From assembly GCA_020137815.1 (NCBI GenBank), contig CM035352.1:4774001-4838000 (forward strand): a stretch of 64,000 nt of DNA, in the 5' to 3' direction. Source of the DNA: Hormiphora californensis. Lineage: Eukaryota; Animalia; Ctenophora. Under the pieces are notes generated by a model that saw nothing but the letters and a program-made list of their open reading frames with translations, was not told the origin of the DNA and did no database searches. Position 1 is the stretch's first letter; each line of letters opens with the position of its first letter. Shown in pieces: positions 29,001-40,971 of this stretch. A program made the position numbers and the translations under genes.

Positions 29001-30046
29001 ACCTCAGTGTTCAGCATGTGCTGCCAACAGAATACACTGATGCGGTGAAGCAGATCACGTGCAAAACTTGCAACCTTGTAAGTGTTCTAATTTAGGTAGA
29101 TCTACTATACACCCCCTTTTCAGGGCTCCTAAATTAATCACCTTTTAAAATTAAAACCCATGAGTGAAATGTGAATCACACCGTTACCCCCCCCCCCTCC
29201 TCCTCCAGGGCGAGGAATCCAACGCAGGGAAAACAGGTTGTGACCAGTGCAACCCGGGGGAATACAGGGACAGCAGTGTCACAGTCTGCACAGACTGTGC
29301 AGCAGGCAGTTACAGTGACTCAGCCGGAACCGCTCAATGTACACTGTGCAATGAAGGGTACAAGCAACCTGGAACAAAATCAACAGAGTGCATAGCGTGT
29401 CCGGCTGGGGAGTATGCCGACACTAAGGGAGCTACTTCATGCAGTCCATGTCCAGATGGTCATGTTTCAGCTGAAGGGAGTGCAGTTTGCACCATATGCG
29501 ACCCGGTACGTAAAGAGTGCCCCATAATTAGGAGGACACAATAATATGTATTATCTATCTTTAAGCAGATCAACTAAATACATTCTCTACAGGGTACCTA
29601 TGCGCTCAACAACGTCTGCGAGCCCTGTCCTGCTGGGAACTTCACCGATCGACCCGGTGAGACTAGCTGTAGTCCCTGTCAAAAGGGGTACATTTCCGAG
29701 GAGGGGGAGGCCCAATGTGAACTGTGTAAGGCGGTAAGTTATACTGAGAAGACGTCATATACAGTTTATTATCCTAGTTAAAGTTTTTGACATATTATAT
29801 CGCTATCAATTATATATCGTTATCACAAACAGGGAACATATGAAGAGGATAATTTACAATGTGTTGAGTGTGGCATCAATAAATACCAACCCGTGCAGGG
29901 AAGCACAGAGTGCAAAACGTGCCCCAATAACTACTACAGCTCTCAAATAGGTATCCAATATCTGTCTGTCTCTGTCTCTCTGTCTCTCTGTCTCTCTGTC
30001 TCTCTGTCTCTCTGTCTCTCTGTCTCTCTGTCTCTCTGTCTCTCTG

Positions 30047-30126
<80 letters not shown>

Positions 30127-33100
30127 CCACTATTTCCCTCTTGGAACCGACCCAATCCCCACAGGAGCAAGTGACTGTACAGTCTGTCCAGACCACTACT
30201 ACGCTTACGCGGGTTCCGACTGTCAAAAGTGTCCCGCCACCTATGAAGAAATTGTGGCTGATACATCTCTTAGCGGAAATCAGGAAGAGAAATGCAAAAG
30301 TAAGGATGTTTAGAAAGAAATATGTAATGAGAACTAGAAAATTATTGAATTGAATAGCAGCTAACCAGATACATTTCCACCCCAGGCGACCTTGGTGATG
30401 GGTGTTTCGGACAAACCATCACGAACCAGTACGGCAACTGGACCACACCATGGCTTCAGGTCGGCAAATCGTACACCGCGAAATGCACGTATGATGAACC
30501 GACGGCTGACACTGCGGCGGTATTCGTATGCACCTTAAAGAGTGAGGGGGATAATAAAACAGAGCTGGTAGAAGAGTTCACGTGCTTAAAGACAACGAAC
30601 AGCAATGAACTGGAGAAGGTCTTAGAAGTAAGTTATTTGTCACATACTGATCATTCATACTGTCAGAGAATTTATCTAAAACCACTACAATTTAAATTAT
30701 AATTGTTCTTAACCCCCCTGTAGAATTTGAACAAAACCTCGGATGACAAAGCGATTGATATGGAAAAGATAACCTCCAAGACTGCCGATAACGGTCTTGG
30801 GGACGTTTCCGTGGTTACCGACATCATTAATTCCATCACTGACTCAACCACTGAGTCTCTGAGTCCCAACCTGACTACTAGCATTCTGCAGAGTGTCAGT
30901 AATTTGGTGGAGAGTGATCTAAAGGCTGATGTTACCCCCAACTCACAAGACATCACACAAAGGTATGAATAATTAATTAGTTAAACAATTACTCTGCGAT
31001 GATCGGGTGACTGTTGAATTCGGTTTACTAAATGAGATTCTAACATGTATTTGTTCTCCCTCTCTCAGTATGGTTAACACAATCAAGAAGGTGGCGACAT
31101 CCGTGAAGACAAAGAACGTTCCCATAGCAACTAGCAGTGTTGCTGTGATGGATGTTAAGAATGATGCCGACAACAATGCGCCTAATAGTGAAGGTGTCCT
31201 AACCTTCAACCTTGAGTCTAATACCAACCTAGAGGGCTTGAAGGTCGGAACTACGGACTCGGCAGCTACCCCCGCACTAATGGTATGTTTTTATTCCCCC
31301 TAAGTCATATAGAGAGATACTAATTTCATGGCAATATCAATATCTTATTCTTCTATAACTGACTATATCCCATCAGATCCAGACAAAATCCAGCGGAGTA
31401 TCCACCCAGCGGGACATGTCCATCGTCCTAATCACCGACTCGACCCTCATGCTCGATGCCGATATCTCCGTCACCCCTGTCGCCAACACGGAGGAGGAGG
31501 CGAAGGAGAAAGCCAAGACGATCGTTGCTGATATCATGCGGAATCTGGATAGTGACGGTGACGGGACTGAAGACACAACCACGTCAAAGACGTATGTTAA
31601 CTCTCTGATAACAGAGGTAACGGTTAACCCAAAGGATGACGATGATGATGATTCGGGATTTCAACTTGACCTCTTCCTACGACCTACACTTGATATTGTG
31701 AGTCTAAACTTTGTGTTTTTAGTACTGCAAAAAACTGAAATTACACGAATAAAACATTATTTTAATCCCCACTAATAACACGTTCCACCAACTATTACAG
31801 GGTGATACTGATACAAGTCTAAATACAAGTACGTCTGGTACTCGGGTCCAGATCCAATACCTTTGCGCCATGTACAACGAGGCAAAGGGAAAGTGGGAGG
31901 AGAGTTGTAAAACTATCTACGATACCATGGACCCCATTAAAGGAGTGATCTGTATTTGCAATCATAACACCAGCTTTGCTGTTCTGATGGTGAGTGTACT
32001 GATCCTAAAGTGTCCATTAGTCTACTTCCATGAATTACGCCTTCAATTAACATAATCTCTATTTCCCTACTAGTCTGCCTCATAATATGACTCCTATTTC
32101 CCTAGTCTGCCTATGAGATTGACCGTGGATATGCTGTCGTCCAATCCTATCTAACATGGATCCTGCTGGGAATCTCAACCCTTGGCCTAGCCCTAACCCT
32201 GTGCTTCCTGCTTCCCGCTGCGGAACTCCGGAAAACCAGATCAGCCAAGATTAACGTGTGTTTCACCGTGTCCCTCATCCTAGCATCCCTTCTGTTCCTG
32301 GTCCAGGATCTCTTTATCAAGTCTGATAACAACGGGGTCATAAAACTTGTAAGTTCAAACAAAATTCTAGCTTCTAGGTTCTTTCATTATATTCCATTAT
32401 TTCCATCTATACAGTATAAATTCACCATCTCTCTCTCCGCAGTTAGAACTAACCCTCTCTTTCTCTCTCCTACAGAGATCCACTGGATGTGCGGTATACA
32501 CAATGCTCCAGCACTACCTTTGGCTGGTTGTGTTCATGTGGATGATTATCGAGGGTTTCCTCATGTACCTCTCACTGGTCCAGGTCTTCGGCTCACACAT
32601 CTCCAAATACATGCTAAAATTCAACCTGGCTGCGTGGTGTAAGTTAAACCTTGTTCTTATTATTCGATGCTTTATACCCTGTGTTTTGACCCAGAAGATG
32701 TATGTACAAACGAGTTAATTATGAGTGCTAACATCCCCCTCTCTATTTTCAGTGATTCCAGTTCCTTTCCCCCTGATCGGTTACTTTGTGTTCACCAATT
32801 CATACACAGTCGGGGAGGGGGAACAAGCTGTATCTCTAATCGACCATAATTATATGGCTGAGACGATGTGTTTCATCAAACCTGAAACCATTGCCTTTTA
32901 TACGCTCTTCCTCACCCCCCTCTGTCTCTGTATCATCATCAACCTGGTCTTCTTCGCACTGGTCGCCAAGGTCATCAAGAACTCCAAAAGCTCAGGAAAT
33001 ATCTCCGATAACGAGCAAATGCTGGTAAGAAACTGTTTTAACATATATTCGATAGTCAGTACTGGCTGATATAAAATCAAACATTATAGTTAACAGTAGT

Positions 33101-34090
33101 TAACCCTTTGAGGACGATAGACCATATATGACCCATCCGATAAAATGCCATACTGACCCCAATATTTTCTCAGCGACAACTCAAAGCGGCGGTCGGAGTA
33201 ATGGTTTTACTGGGGACGGGCTGGTTCATTGGAATATTCATGTCGGTTCCAGTTCCTGCGTTCCAAGTCTACATGCAGTACTTTTTCATCATTCTCAATA
33301 GTACTCAGGTATGTTATACAATAGAATTACTATTTAGAATTACTATTTAGAAGTATGATTGGATAATTTAAAGGCGCAACCCCTCCACTGAAAATACTAT
33401 TACCACTGAAAATATAGTAGTTACCATCGTTTACTATTTTTCTGAATCAGCTTTATACAGCAGCCTATAGAAACTGACTAATTCAAACGATTCTCTCCTT
33501 TACAAGTGGCTTTTTCAGTCTCATGTTTCATAAAAATGGCCTCTGATCTGGCTCGTTAGTCATGCAAAATTGTATAATTTCTCTAGCAGCTGCTACCCGG
33601 CTTTCTCTCCTGCAGGATCCTCCAGCTTTCGCCCCTATTTTTACTTTTTAATTCTAGGCAGTAGTCCTTTTCATTCCCTCTCTCTCAGTCCCTCCCTTCT
33701 ATCTCTCCCCCCCCCCCATTTTAATCGCCACTTAGCTCCCTTTTTAGCCGGCAGGTGCAACTTCACCCCCTCCAATTTCAGGGAACATTCGTCTTCCTGT
33801 TCTACATCGTGCTAAACGATCAAGTCAAGACACACTGGATGGTGAAGTTCGGTTTCGCAGAGGCCAAGAAAACCACCACCAGCTCCTCCGCAGCTGCTGC
33901 AACCAAAAACACCACCATGTCCTCGACGGCAGCGAAGCCGGCCAAGACGAAAGAGAACATATACGAGAATCAGGCAGCTGACCAAGGCGCTGAGGAAGAT
34001 CACACGTACTCCACTGCTGAGTATGCAAACATGGACAAATCCGGGAAACATGAGTTCCCTGCTAAGTCTGATGATAATGCGAACATTTGA
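26013..34090 (+). CDS. Adhesion GPCR with long Cys-rich (ephrin-receptor-like/GCC2_GCC3, TNFR-like) repeat ectodomain, GAIN/GPS and secretin-type 7TM; about 24 exons
   Basis: Many CxxCxxGxY...C repeats (26711-30300); GPS motif CAMYNEAKGKWEESC...ICICNHNTSFAVLM (31801-31990); 7TM exons with LQHYLWLVVFMWMIIEG, CFIKP, LKAAVGVMVLLGTGW and ILNSTQ|GTFVFLFYIVLNDQVK; stop at 34088-34090. The start is uncertain (ATG 26013 needs a one-base correction; ATG 26038 is in frame). Confidence 0.92.
27416..27764. repeat. Intronic minisatellite, ~37-39-bp unit, about 9 copies
   Basis: CACCACTCCTAACCCCCTGACCCCATCCCAGACCTCTA units; the last unit ends in the acceptor cccacag. Confidence 0.9.
29962..30126. repeat. 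(CTCTGTCT)n and (CT)n intronic microsatellite
   Basis: Seen directly. Confidence 0.9.
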
Positions 34091-34553
34091 TTTTACCGCG
34101 GTGCGATTTAGTTAGGTCTGTGTGTGTGTCCCCCTTTTTATTTTTTAGCTCTATTTATTAGTAAATAGTGGTCAGGTGTAGATTTCTAAATGAGATAAGT
34201 TTGTAGTTTAATTACTAAAATCTGATATTCTCTTTTTTTATAAAACGAATGAAGCTACAGTATCAGTTCTGTGATATGTGGAATTGTTAATTGTTTAACT
34301 TTTATTAAGTTCTTCAATACAATAAAATCTGAAGTTATGATAGTACAATACCAAAATAAAATACAACTTTTAAGTTGGCACTACGTACGTCATACGCGTA
34401 CAGGGGATTTTTAGTTAGTTTACTCACACTGGAAGTCTGCACTGTTATACTACTGCAGCAGTTACAATACTGTCTCAAATAACCGTTTCACATGACCATC
34501 TCATTTATCATTGTAAACATCGGAAATGGCCAGATCAAATCTCTCAAATTGTA

Positions 34554-34930
34554 CGTATTATAGACGCATATACGAATTATAGACGCGACGTATTATAGAC
34601 GTATTATAGACGTGCTATAGACGTATTATAGACGTATTATATACGTATATTATTATAGACGTATTATAGATGCATTATAGACGAATTATAGACGCGACGT
34701 ATTAAACGTATTATAGACGTATTATAGACGTGCTATAGACGTATTATAGACGTATCACAGACGTATTATAGACTCGTTAGACGTGTTAGACGTGTAAGAC
34801 GTATTTTCTACGTACAATCGACGTATTACTATAGACGTATCATAGACGTATTATAGACGTATTATAGACGTGTCAGATGTATGTAAGACGTATTATCTAC
34901 GTACTATCGATGTATTATTATAGACGTACT
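34554..34930. repeat. 11-bp tandem repeat (TATTATAGACG)n, resuming at 36771-36805
   Basis: Many degenerate copies. Confidence 0.9.
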
Positions 34931-35234
34931 AGCGCACCCATTGGGTGCGCCTCAAGTAAGGCCTTTTGATAACCCACCCGGCTTCGCCGGGTGGTACTTT
35001 TCGCCCTTTCAACGTCAACACGGTTGCCATGGCAACTGAATTGGTAACTATGGGGACTGGCATGTTAAAAGGCATTCGAAAATATCAACAAACTTCCACG
35101 GGAAGTTGCAAAAGTGTGAACAGCAGCTTTACAGCTTTGGGCACATAACGTGTTTTATGAAGGAGCAGACTGTCGCGTAGATACCGCTGAACGAACGGCC
35201 ATCACTACGTCGTTCATCTCCAAATTATAATGAG

Positions 35235-36770
35235 AAATATAATGAGAGAATTTTAAATGTCGAAAGAGGCACTTTTACCCCTTTAATTTTTTCAATAACA
35301 GGAGGCTATGGACCTGAATGCAAGACTTTTTTAAAACTTTTATGTAACAAGATTTGTAATAAGAAGAATGAGAATTTTAATGACGTTATTAGCTTTTTAA
35401 GAGTGAGACTCTCCTTTATCATTTTAAAATTGAGCCTTTTATGTATACGTGGGTCAAGAAACAGCAGGACAATGAAAGATTATAATGTTGATGATTTTAC
35501 CTACAGTCCTGTCGACAACTACACTTCAAATCTCAGAATTTCAAATTTTCGGTTCAAATGTGTAGACTACTAAAATTGAAACTGCTGGGGAGGGTTGGCA
35601 CTTCTCATAACTCACCTGGGCAGCCACCAGAGGTCCAAAACCACTCAAAAAGGTCAAAAAATCAATTTTCGATTTGAGGAAAACGACCGGCATCACGAGA
35701 TTCCTCGTCAAATTCTAAGCATCCTCGTATAATTCTAGCTCACCAATTCAAACCAGTTCGGAGAAATGAGCGATGAAAGAAGCAAAAAGTGAACAATATT
35801 GTGGGAGGAAGGGCTCAACTGGCTAAAAATAGATGACTGAATTCCTGTGTTTAGTCTATTGTAACAATCTCACTTTGCGCTCTCTCTTTTCTGATCTTGG
35901 AAGGGGGAAAAGGGGAAGTGCAGAAAGAGAGAGCGCAAAGTGAGATTGTTACAATAGACTAAACACAGGAATTCAGTCATCTATTTTTAGCCAGTTGAGC
36001 CCTTCCTCCCACAATATTGTTCACTTTTTGCTTCTTTCATCGCTCATTTCTCCGAACTGGTTTCAATTGGTGAGCTAGAATTATACGAGGATGCTTAGAA
36101 TTTGACGAGGAATCTCGTGATGCCGGTCGTTTTCGGTAAGCGGTAAATACTCACTCGGTTCTTCACATTTTTTGGACGTTTTTGGCCATAACTCAGCCAT
36201 TTTTTGACCAATTTGCAAAATCTTGGGCTCATTGGAAAGAAGACATTAAGAGCTTTCCAATGATCCCTAGAAAATGAAAATTGGCGCAAAATGCGCGGCG
36301 TTATGGCGTAAAATGCGCGTTTTCGCCATAGCGCCGCGCATTTTGCGCCGATTTTCATTTTCTAAAGCTCATTGGAAAGCTCTTAATGTCTTCTTTCCAA
36401 TGAGCCCAAGATTTTGCAAATTGGTCAAGAAATGGCTGAGTTATGGCCAAAAACGTCCAAAAAATGTGAAGAACCGAGTGAGTATTTACCGCTTACCGTC
36501 GTTTTCCTCAAATCGAAAATTGATTTTTTGACCTTTTTGAGTGGTTTTGGACCTCTGGTGGCTGCCCAGGTGAGTTATGAGAAGTGCCAACCCTCCCCAG
36601 CAGTTTCAATTTTAGCAGTCTACACATTTGAACCGAAAATTTGAAATTCTGAGATTTGAAGTGTAGTTGTCGACAGGACTGCTATGCTTTTAATAATATA
36701 AAATTGTAAATTGCCATTGTAAATACCATTGTGTATATATTTTTAATTGTTTTTCCAATTATAATAGAGA
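35235..36770 (+). mobile_element. 5'-truncated CRE-clade non-LTR retrotransposon (C-terminal restriction-like endonuclease region and 3' UTR), interrupted
   Basis: Translates KYNERILNVERGTFTPLIFSITGGYGPECKTFLKLL...LRVRLSFIILKLSLLCIRGSR, matching the FTPLVFSxTGGxG and LSFxLLRxxLLCLRGSR pattern of CRE-type elements. The frame closes as DFTYAFNNIKL* (36707-36709) once the 35504-36681 insertion is removed. Confidence 0.8.
35504..36681. mobile_element. Non-autonomous foldback/TIR element with 3-bp TSD (CTA) and two internal palindromes
   Basis: TIR of about 185 bp CAGTCCTGTCGACAACTACAC...; CTA at 35501-35503 and 36682-36684; internal palindromes at about 35683-36130 and 36135-36499. Confidence 0.88.
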
Positions 36771-36984
36771 TTAGACGTATTATAGGCGTATCAGACGTAT
36801 TATAGTCATGTAAATTGTAAAATCCAAAAACCAGTCATTTTACGTAGGGCGCGTGCGTTTTATCTATACGCTGCTTTTATGCGAGCAGCATCACTGGACT
36901 GTCGTGCGGCGCGCGTACTTTTCCAGGATTTCCGGCCGCGATCCGGCTTTCATTTTAAAGATTTCCGATTTCCGACTCGGGTCT

Positions 36985-37222
36985 TGTTAAAGTACTCCCC
37001 AAACTACTATGTCCCTCACTCGGGTTTTGTTAAATTTCCCACGGTCATAACTCCACTCCCTGATGAGATAAAGACTTGAAATTTGTTTTGTAGGAAGAAC
37101 TCGACATGATCTCCTCACAAAACAAATTTCAAGTCTCTATCTTATCAGGGGGTGGAGCTATGGCCGTCTAAAATCCGGTCGCGCGCAGCAAGGGACATAA
37201 TAGTTTGGGAGGACCTTTACCG
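36985..37222. mobile_element. Degenerate palindromic MITE-like element
   Basis: CCCAAACTACTATGTCCCT / AGGGACATAATAGTTTGGG and AGACTTGAAATTTGTTTTGT / ACAAAACAAATTTCAAGTCT inverted pairs. Confidence 0.55.
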
Positions 37223-37411
37223 CGGTCCGCTTCCGTCTTCCGCCCGCGTCATTCAAGACATCTATGGCCTGAGTAATGAGTATGCTAGCTCAAGCTCTCC
37301 AAGCATGGGTATGAAAGGTTGAAAGGATTAACGTAAAGTGTAAACGCCACAAACCGGAACTGAGCTGAGGTGCCCAAATTTTTCCTCCCTACGACTTGAT
37401 CTCAATTTCAG

Positions 37412-39360
37412 GTTCTCCTCACATCTCTTCTGCATCTGGTAGTCCACGCCACAGACGCCCATTCATACACCACCCACTTATCTGAAGCTGAACTTCAATC
37501 GTTTTTCCATCACACCTAAGGGGTACACTGGACATGGTGCCTCAGGTGAAGTGAATACACTTGACAATTGACTGTGATCCAAAATTAGTGCATAAGAATG
37601 GAAATTAAGCTAAATTTAGCTCAATTTTGCCGAAACACTTGAATCTTTGCCTTGCTCGACCCTGTTTCACCAAGCTCAGCACGTGAAGGAGGGTTAGAAC
37701 ATAACAATAAAATCTTGCAGGGTACGGTGTAGTTGACCTGGGTGACGGTAATCCTTCACACAAAGGTACAATCTCACTTTTTTCATTTTTTTTGTTTCCC
37801 TACAGCTCACTTTTACCTGAGACAATTGGAAATTGATAACTATTCTAATTTTACCAGGTCGTCACCGTCGAGCATTTTTCAATCCAAAGGGGACACCTTG
37901 GCCTAATGGCGAATATAACTACGCGTTTGACGGCAGAATTAAACCTCTCCAAAAGGAGTTGGTTCTAGAAGCTATGAAGAACATTTCTCGGAAGGTTCCT
38001 TGTATCAAGTTTATACCTGTCACGGAACGGAAAGATAACATGATAATTCACTCTGGGGGTGATCAGCACCAGTAAGTTTACTTCCAATTATATTTCCCGA
38101 TCATTTGACAGATCTATTAGTAAAATATTTCACAATCCCCCATCTCCCTTCTCTGTTATGTAACCACACTTACTCCTTTAGTTGCTACGCCTCAACGATG
38201 GGCTACAAACCCGGTCACGTGATAGTGTATCTGGGGAAGTACTGCGACAGAAATGTGGTTGCACATGAGATGCTCCACGTGCTTGGTGCAATACACACAC
38301 AGAACCGTCCTGATAGAGATGACTATGTGGATATTCACTGGGACAACATTAGAGAGGATTTTAGGAAACAATTCAAGAAGGCCAAGGAGAAAAAGGCTCA
38401 GCCAAGACCAGGAAAATATGACTTTCTCAGTGCAATGCATTATCCCGCATTTGCTTTCGGTGTCTCCTCGGACAAGCCTAGTTTGAGCCCGCTGAAGGAC
38501 GGGGTGGAGCTATTAAATCATGGTCACTTACCAGTAAACGAGGAGGACTACCGGTCACTGAGGGAGTGGTACGGGTGCTGCAGGGAGGCAGATGATTGTG
38601 TGAAGAGGGACGAGGATCAGGGTAGTAGTAATGGGGGCGAGGATCAGGGTGATACTGGGGACGAAAACCAGGGTGATACATGGGAGGAAGAAGAGGGTAC
38701 TGATGCATGGGACGAAGAGGGTGGTACTGGTACCGGGGACGAGGATCAGGGTCGAGATACCGGGGAAGAGAATCAGATTCGGGATACTGAAATCAAGGAA
38801 GAAATAGCTGATACTCCGTTTGTCGGCGCCAGACCCCGTTTTGTACTCGGATCGGGTCGGCACCCCCAGACAGCTGATAATGGAATCGAGGAAGAGGGTA
38901 TTGTCGAAGTGACAGGAGAGAGGGCAATAGAGGGAGAGGGCACTGAGGAAGACGAAGAGACAGGTACTGATACCGAGGAAGAGAATCAGGTTCGAGATAC
39001 TGGTGTCGAGGAAGAGAGTACTGATACTGGGATCGAGGAAGAGGGCACTGATATAGATGGAGAGAAAGAGGGCACTGATATAGATGGAGAGGAAGAGAGC
39101 ACTGTTGAAAGGGAAGAAGAAGAAGAAATCACAGTCGAGATGCCGACCGAAAAGAAAAAACGAAAGCGGGACGCTGAAAGTAAGATTTTAATCAACAGAT
39201 ATGTCAAATAAAATATATCCAATCAACATGACATTAAAATTAATTTCCCATTTTCGGCACAGGAGACACTGAAGCAGCAGAAGGAGTGATTAAAAAACGA
39301 GTGAAAGTTCTGGAAGGGCATCCTTTTGTTTTTGTCCTTCTCAATAAACCACTATTGTAA
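37412..39360 (+). CDS. Astacin-family (M12A) zinc metalloprotease with acidic C-terminal repeat tail
   Basis: HEMLHVLGAIHTQNRPDRDDYV zinc motif; Met-turn SAMHY; propeptide ending RHRR|AFF followed by WPNG; signal-like VLLTSLLHLVVHA exon at 37412. Exons at about 37412-37545, 37721-37764, 37858-38071, 38182-39179 and 39263-39360. The start codon is not resolved. Confidence 0.88.
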
Positions 39361-39484
39361 GTTTTTAAAATTAGCCAAAGAATAATATCCCATCTGTAAG
39401 CTTAAATTTGGACCCTGGTTCAAACTCTTTTTATTTTATTTTATAAGGGGAAGGAGGATCGAACAAGGCAAGTATCAGGATCCA

Positions 39485-39880
39485 TTTTTTCCCTGCCTGG
39501 GTGAATGCCCGAAGGGCATTCACCCGGGATGATGTTTTTAGCACGCACGTGCTAAAAAGATCATTCAGGGTTTAGAAATCAGCAGATCGTGGGGGTTAAC
39601 TAAATGTCCGTCCGTCCGTCCGTCCACCGTAACGGCTCCACGCACATAACAACCGATCCGTTTTGAAAGCGTCGTCCGCAAAGTTATTACACTACGGATT
39701 TCGGTGGCGCGTGCTCAAAATTTGCTGCGCGCGGCGCTCTCAATGCAGTGTATGTATACACACCTCGCGCGTTACAGCATAGCGGTGCTATTAGCGATCG
39801 GATGGATTTAACTTCTTGAAACTTAAAGGCGTTGAAAGCTCAGCTCGTTAGTATGGTGACTGAGGGAACGTGAGAAGTTT
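39485..39880 (+). mobile_element. DINE-1/HINE-like (Helentron-associated) element, 5' part
   Basis: Starts after a T-run; hairpins GGGTGAATGCCC-GAA-GGGCATTCACCC and TTTTTAGCACG..CGTGCTAAAAA; (GTCC)n microsatellite at about 39606-39624, typical of DINE-1-like elements. Confidence 0.55.
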
Positions 39881-39918
39881 CCCATGCAGAGCTTAGTGTC
39901 ACATAACATTGTAATTAG

Positions 39919-40454
39919 GCGTTGGCGGACGACGATCAGATCACATTGCACGGTATCGTCTGGTGTGACTGTGAGCGGCGCTTACCAGATATCATCGTTT
40001 ATCAGTGATCAGTTGGAGTATTCGTTGGCAGGGAAACACAGCATTATGAAACATAATGCAATAATAATTCTTGTTGTAACTGGGCCCTTAGGTGTCTTAG
40101 ATCTGGCAATGTGGCCTTGAACATTTTCCTCACTCCGAAATAATTGCCTTAGCAACGGTTGCTAAGGCAGTTATTTGCTAAGCAACCTCAATGCAGCCTT
40201 TAATAACACCCTCTTCCAGGCCTGTCAAGTGGGTGCACCCTAATGGGACCACTATTCCTCCCACCTCAACATCCCAAGACGGAACGGTAGAGATGGTTCG
40301 TGTTCCCATTGCTAGGACTAACGATCACAACGGGACGATGTTCCTCACCCATGTAGAGTTGAACAATAATATCCTTGTTGTGGAATGGACTGTCCAGGTG
40401 GTGGGGGAAGACTCCGTTTTGGGACGAGATATTGGTGGAGTTGTGGAGCCGTAA
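39919..40454 (+). pseudogene. Three-exon 3' gene fragment of unknown family, with one defective splice donor
   Basis: Exons 39919-40004, 40092-40139 and 40220-40454 join in consistent phase 2, giving ALADDDQITLHGIVWCDCERRLPDIIVYQCLRSGNVALNIFLTPKPVKWVHPNG...GGVVEP*; the second donor reads AT, not GT. Confidence 0.4.
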
Positions 40455-40971
40455 TTATTGTTTTTTAATAATTTGGGGGAGGATAATTCCGTCTGTATAA
40501 AGTTATTTATTCGAATTTGTTAATTGCTTGTCGTGTTTGTGTTGGCTGTTATTAACCACCATGTTTCCAAGAATGTTGTGCTCATATCATGACGTTATCA
40601 GTGAACAATCATTATTATATGTAGTACTGTGGAATACACGCGGACACAGTACTCAATACTAATTGTTGTGGAGTGTTATTTGACAAAAGTTTCCCAAAAT
40701 CAGGTTGCCCCTAGGTTGGCGTTATCCGCGACACATTCTTATCTCTAATTATTTAGAGAGCTGAGATCTCTACAGCAGTAACATTGACCGCGATCATGAC
40801 TTCATTGTTTCCTCCTATCCTTAAATCTCACTTTCTGACGCCTCAACCCCCTCTTTCTCTCCTCCAAGTAAGCGCCCTTGTTTTCTCCTTGTTTGACCCA
40901 TATAAACCTAGACAGGACTGCCAGTATTTAAGCCAGCTCCCTCTCTCCAGCTGTTACAGATCTACCACATC

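Noticed and set aside
36095-36531. Two near-identical ORFs on opposite strands (also 42745-43198 versus 45436-45889)
   Set aside because: They follow from palindromic transposon arms and show no coding signal.
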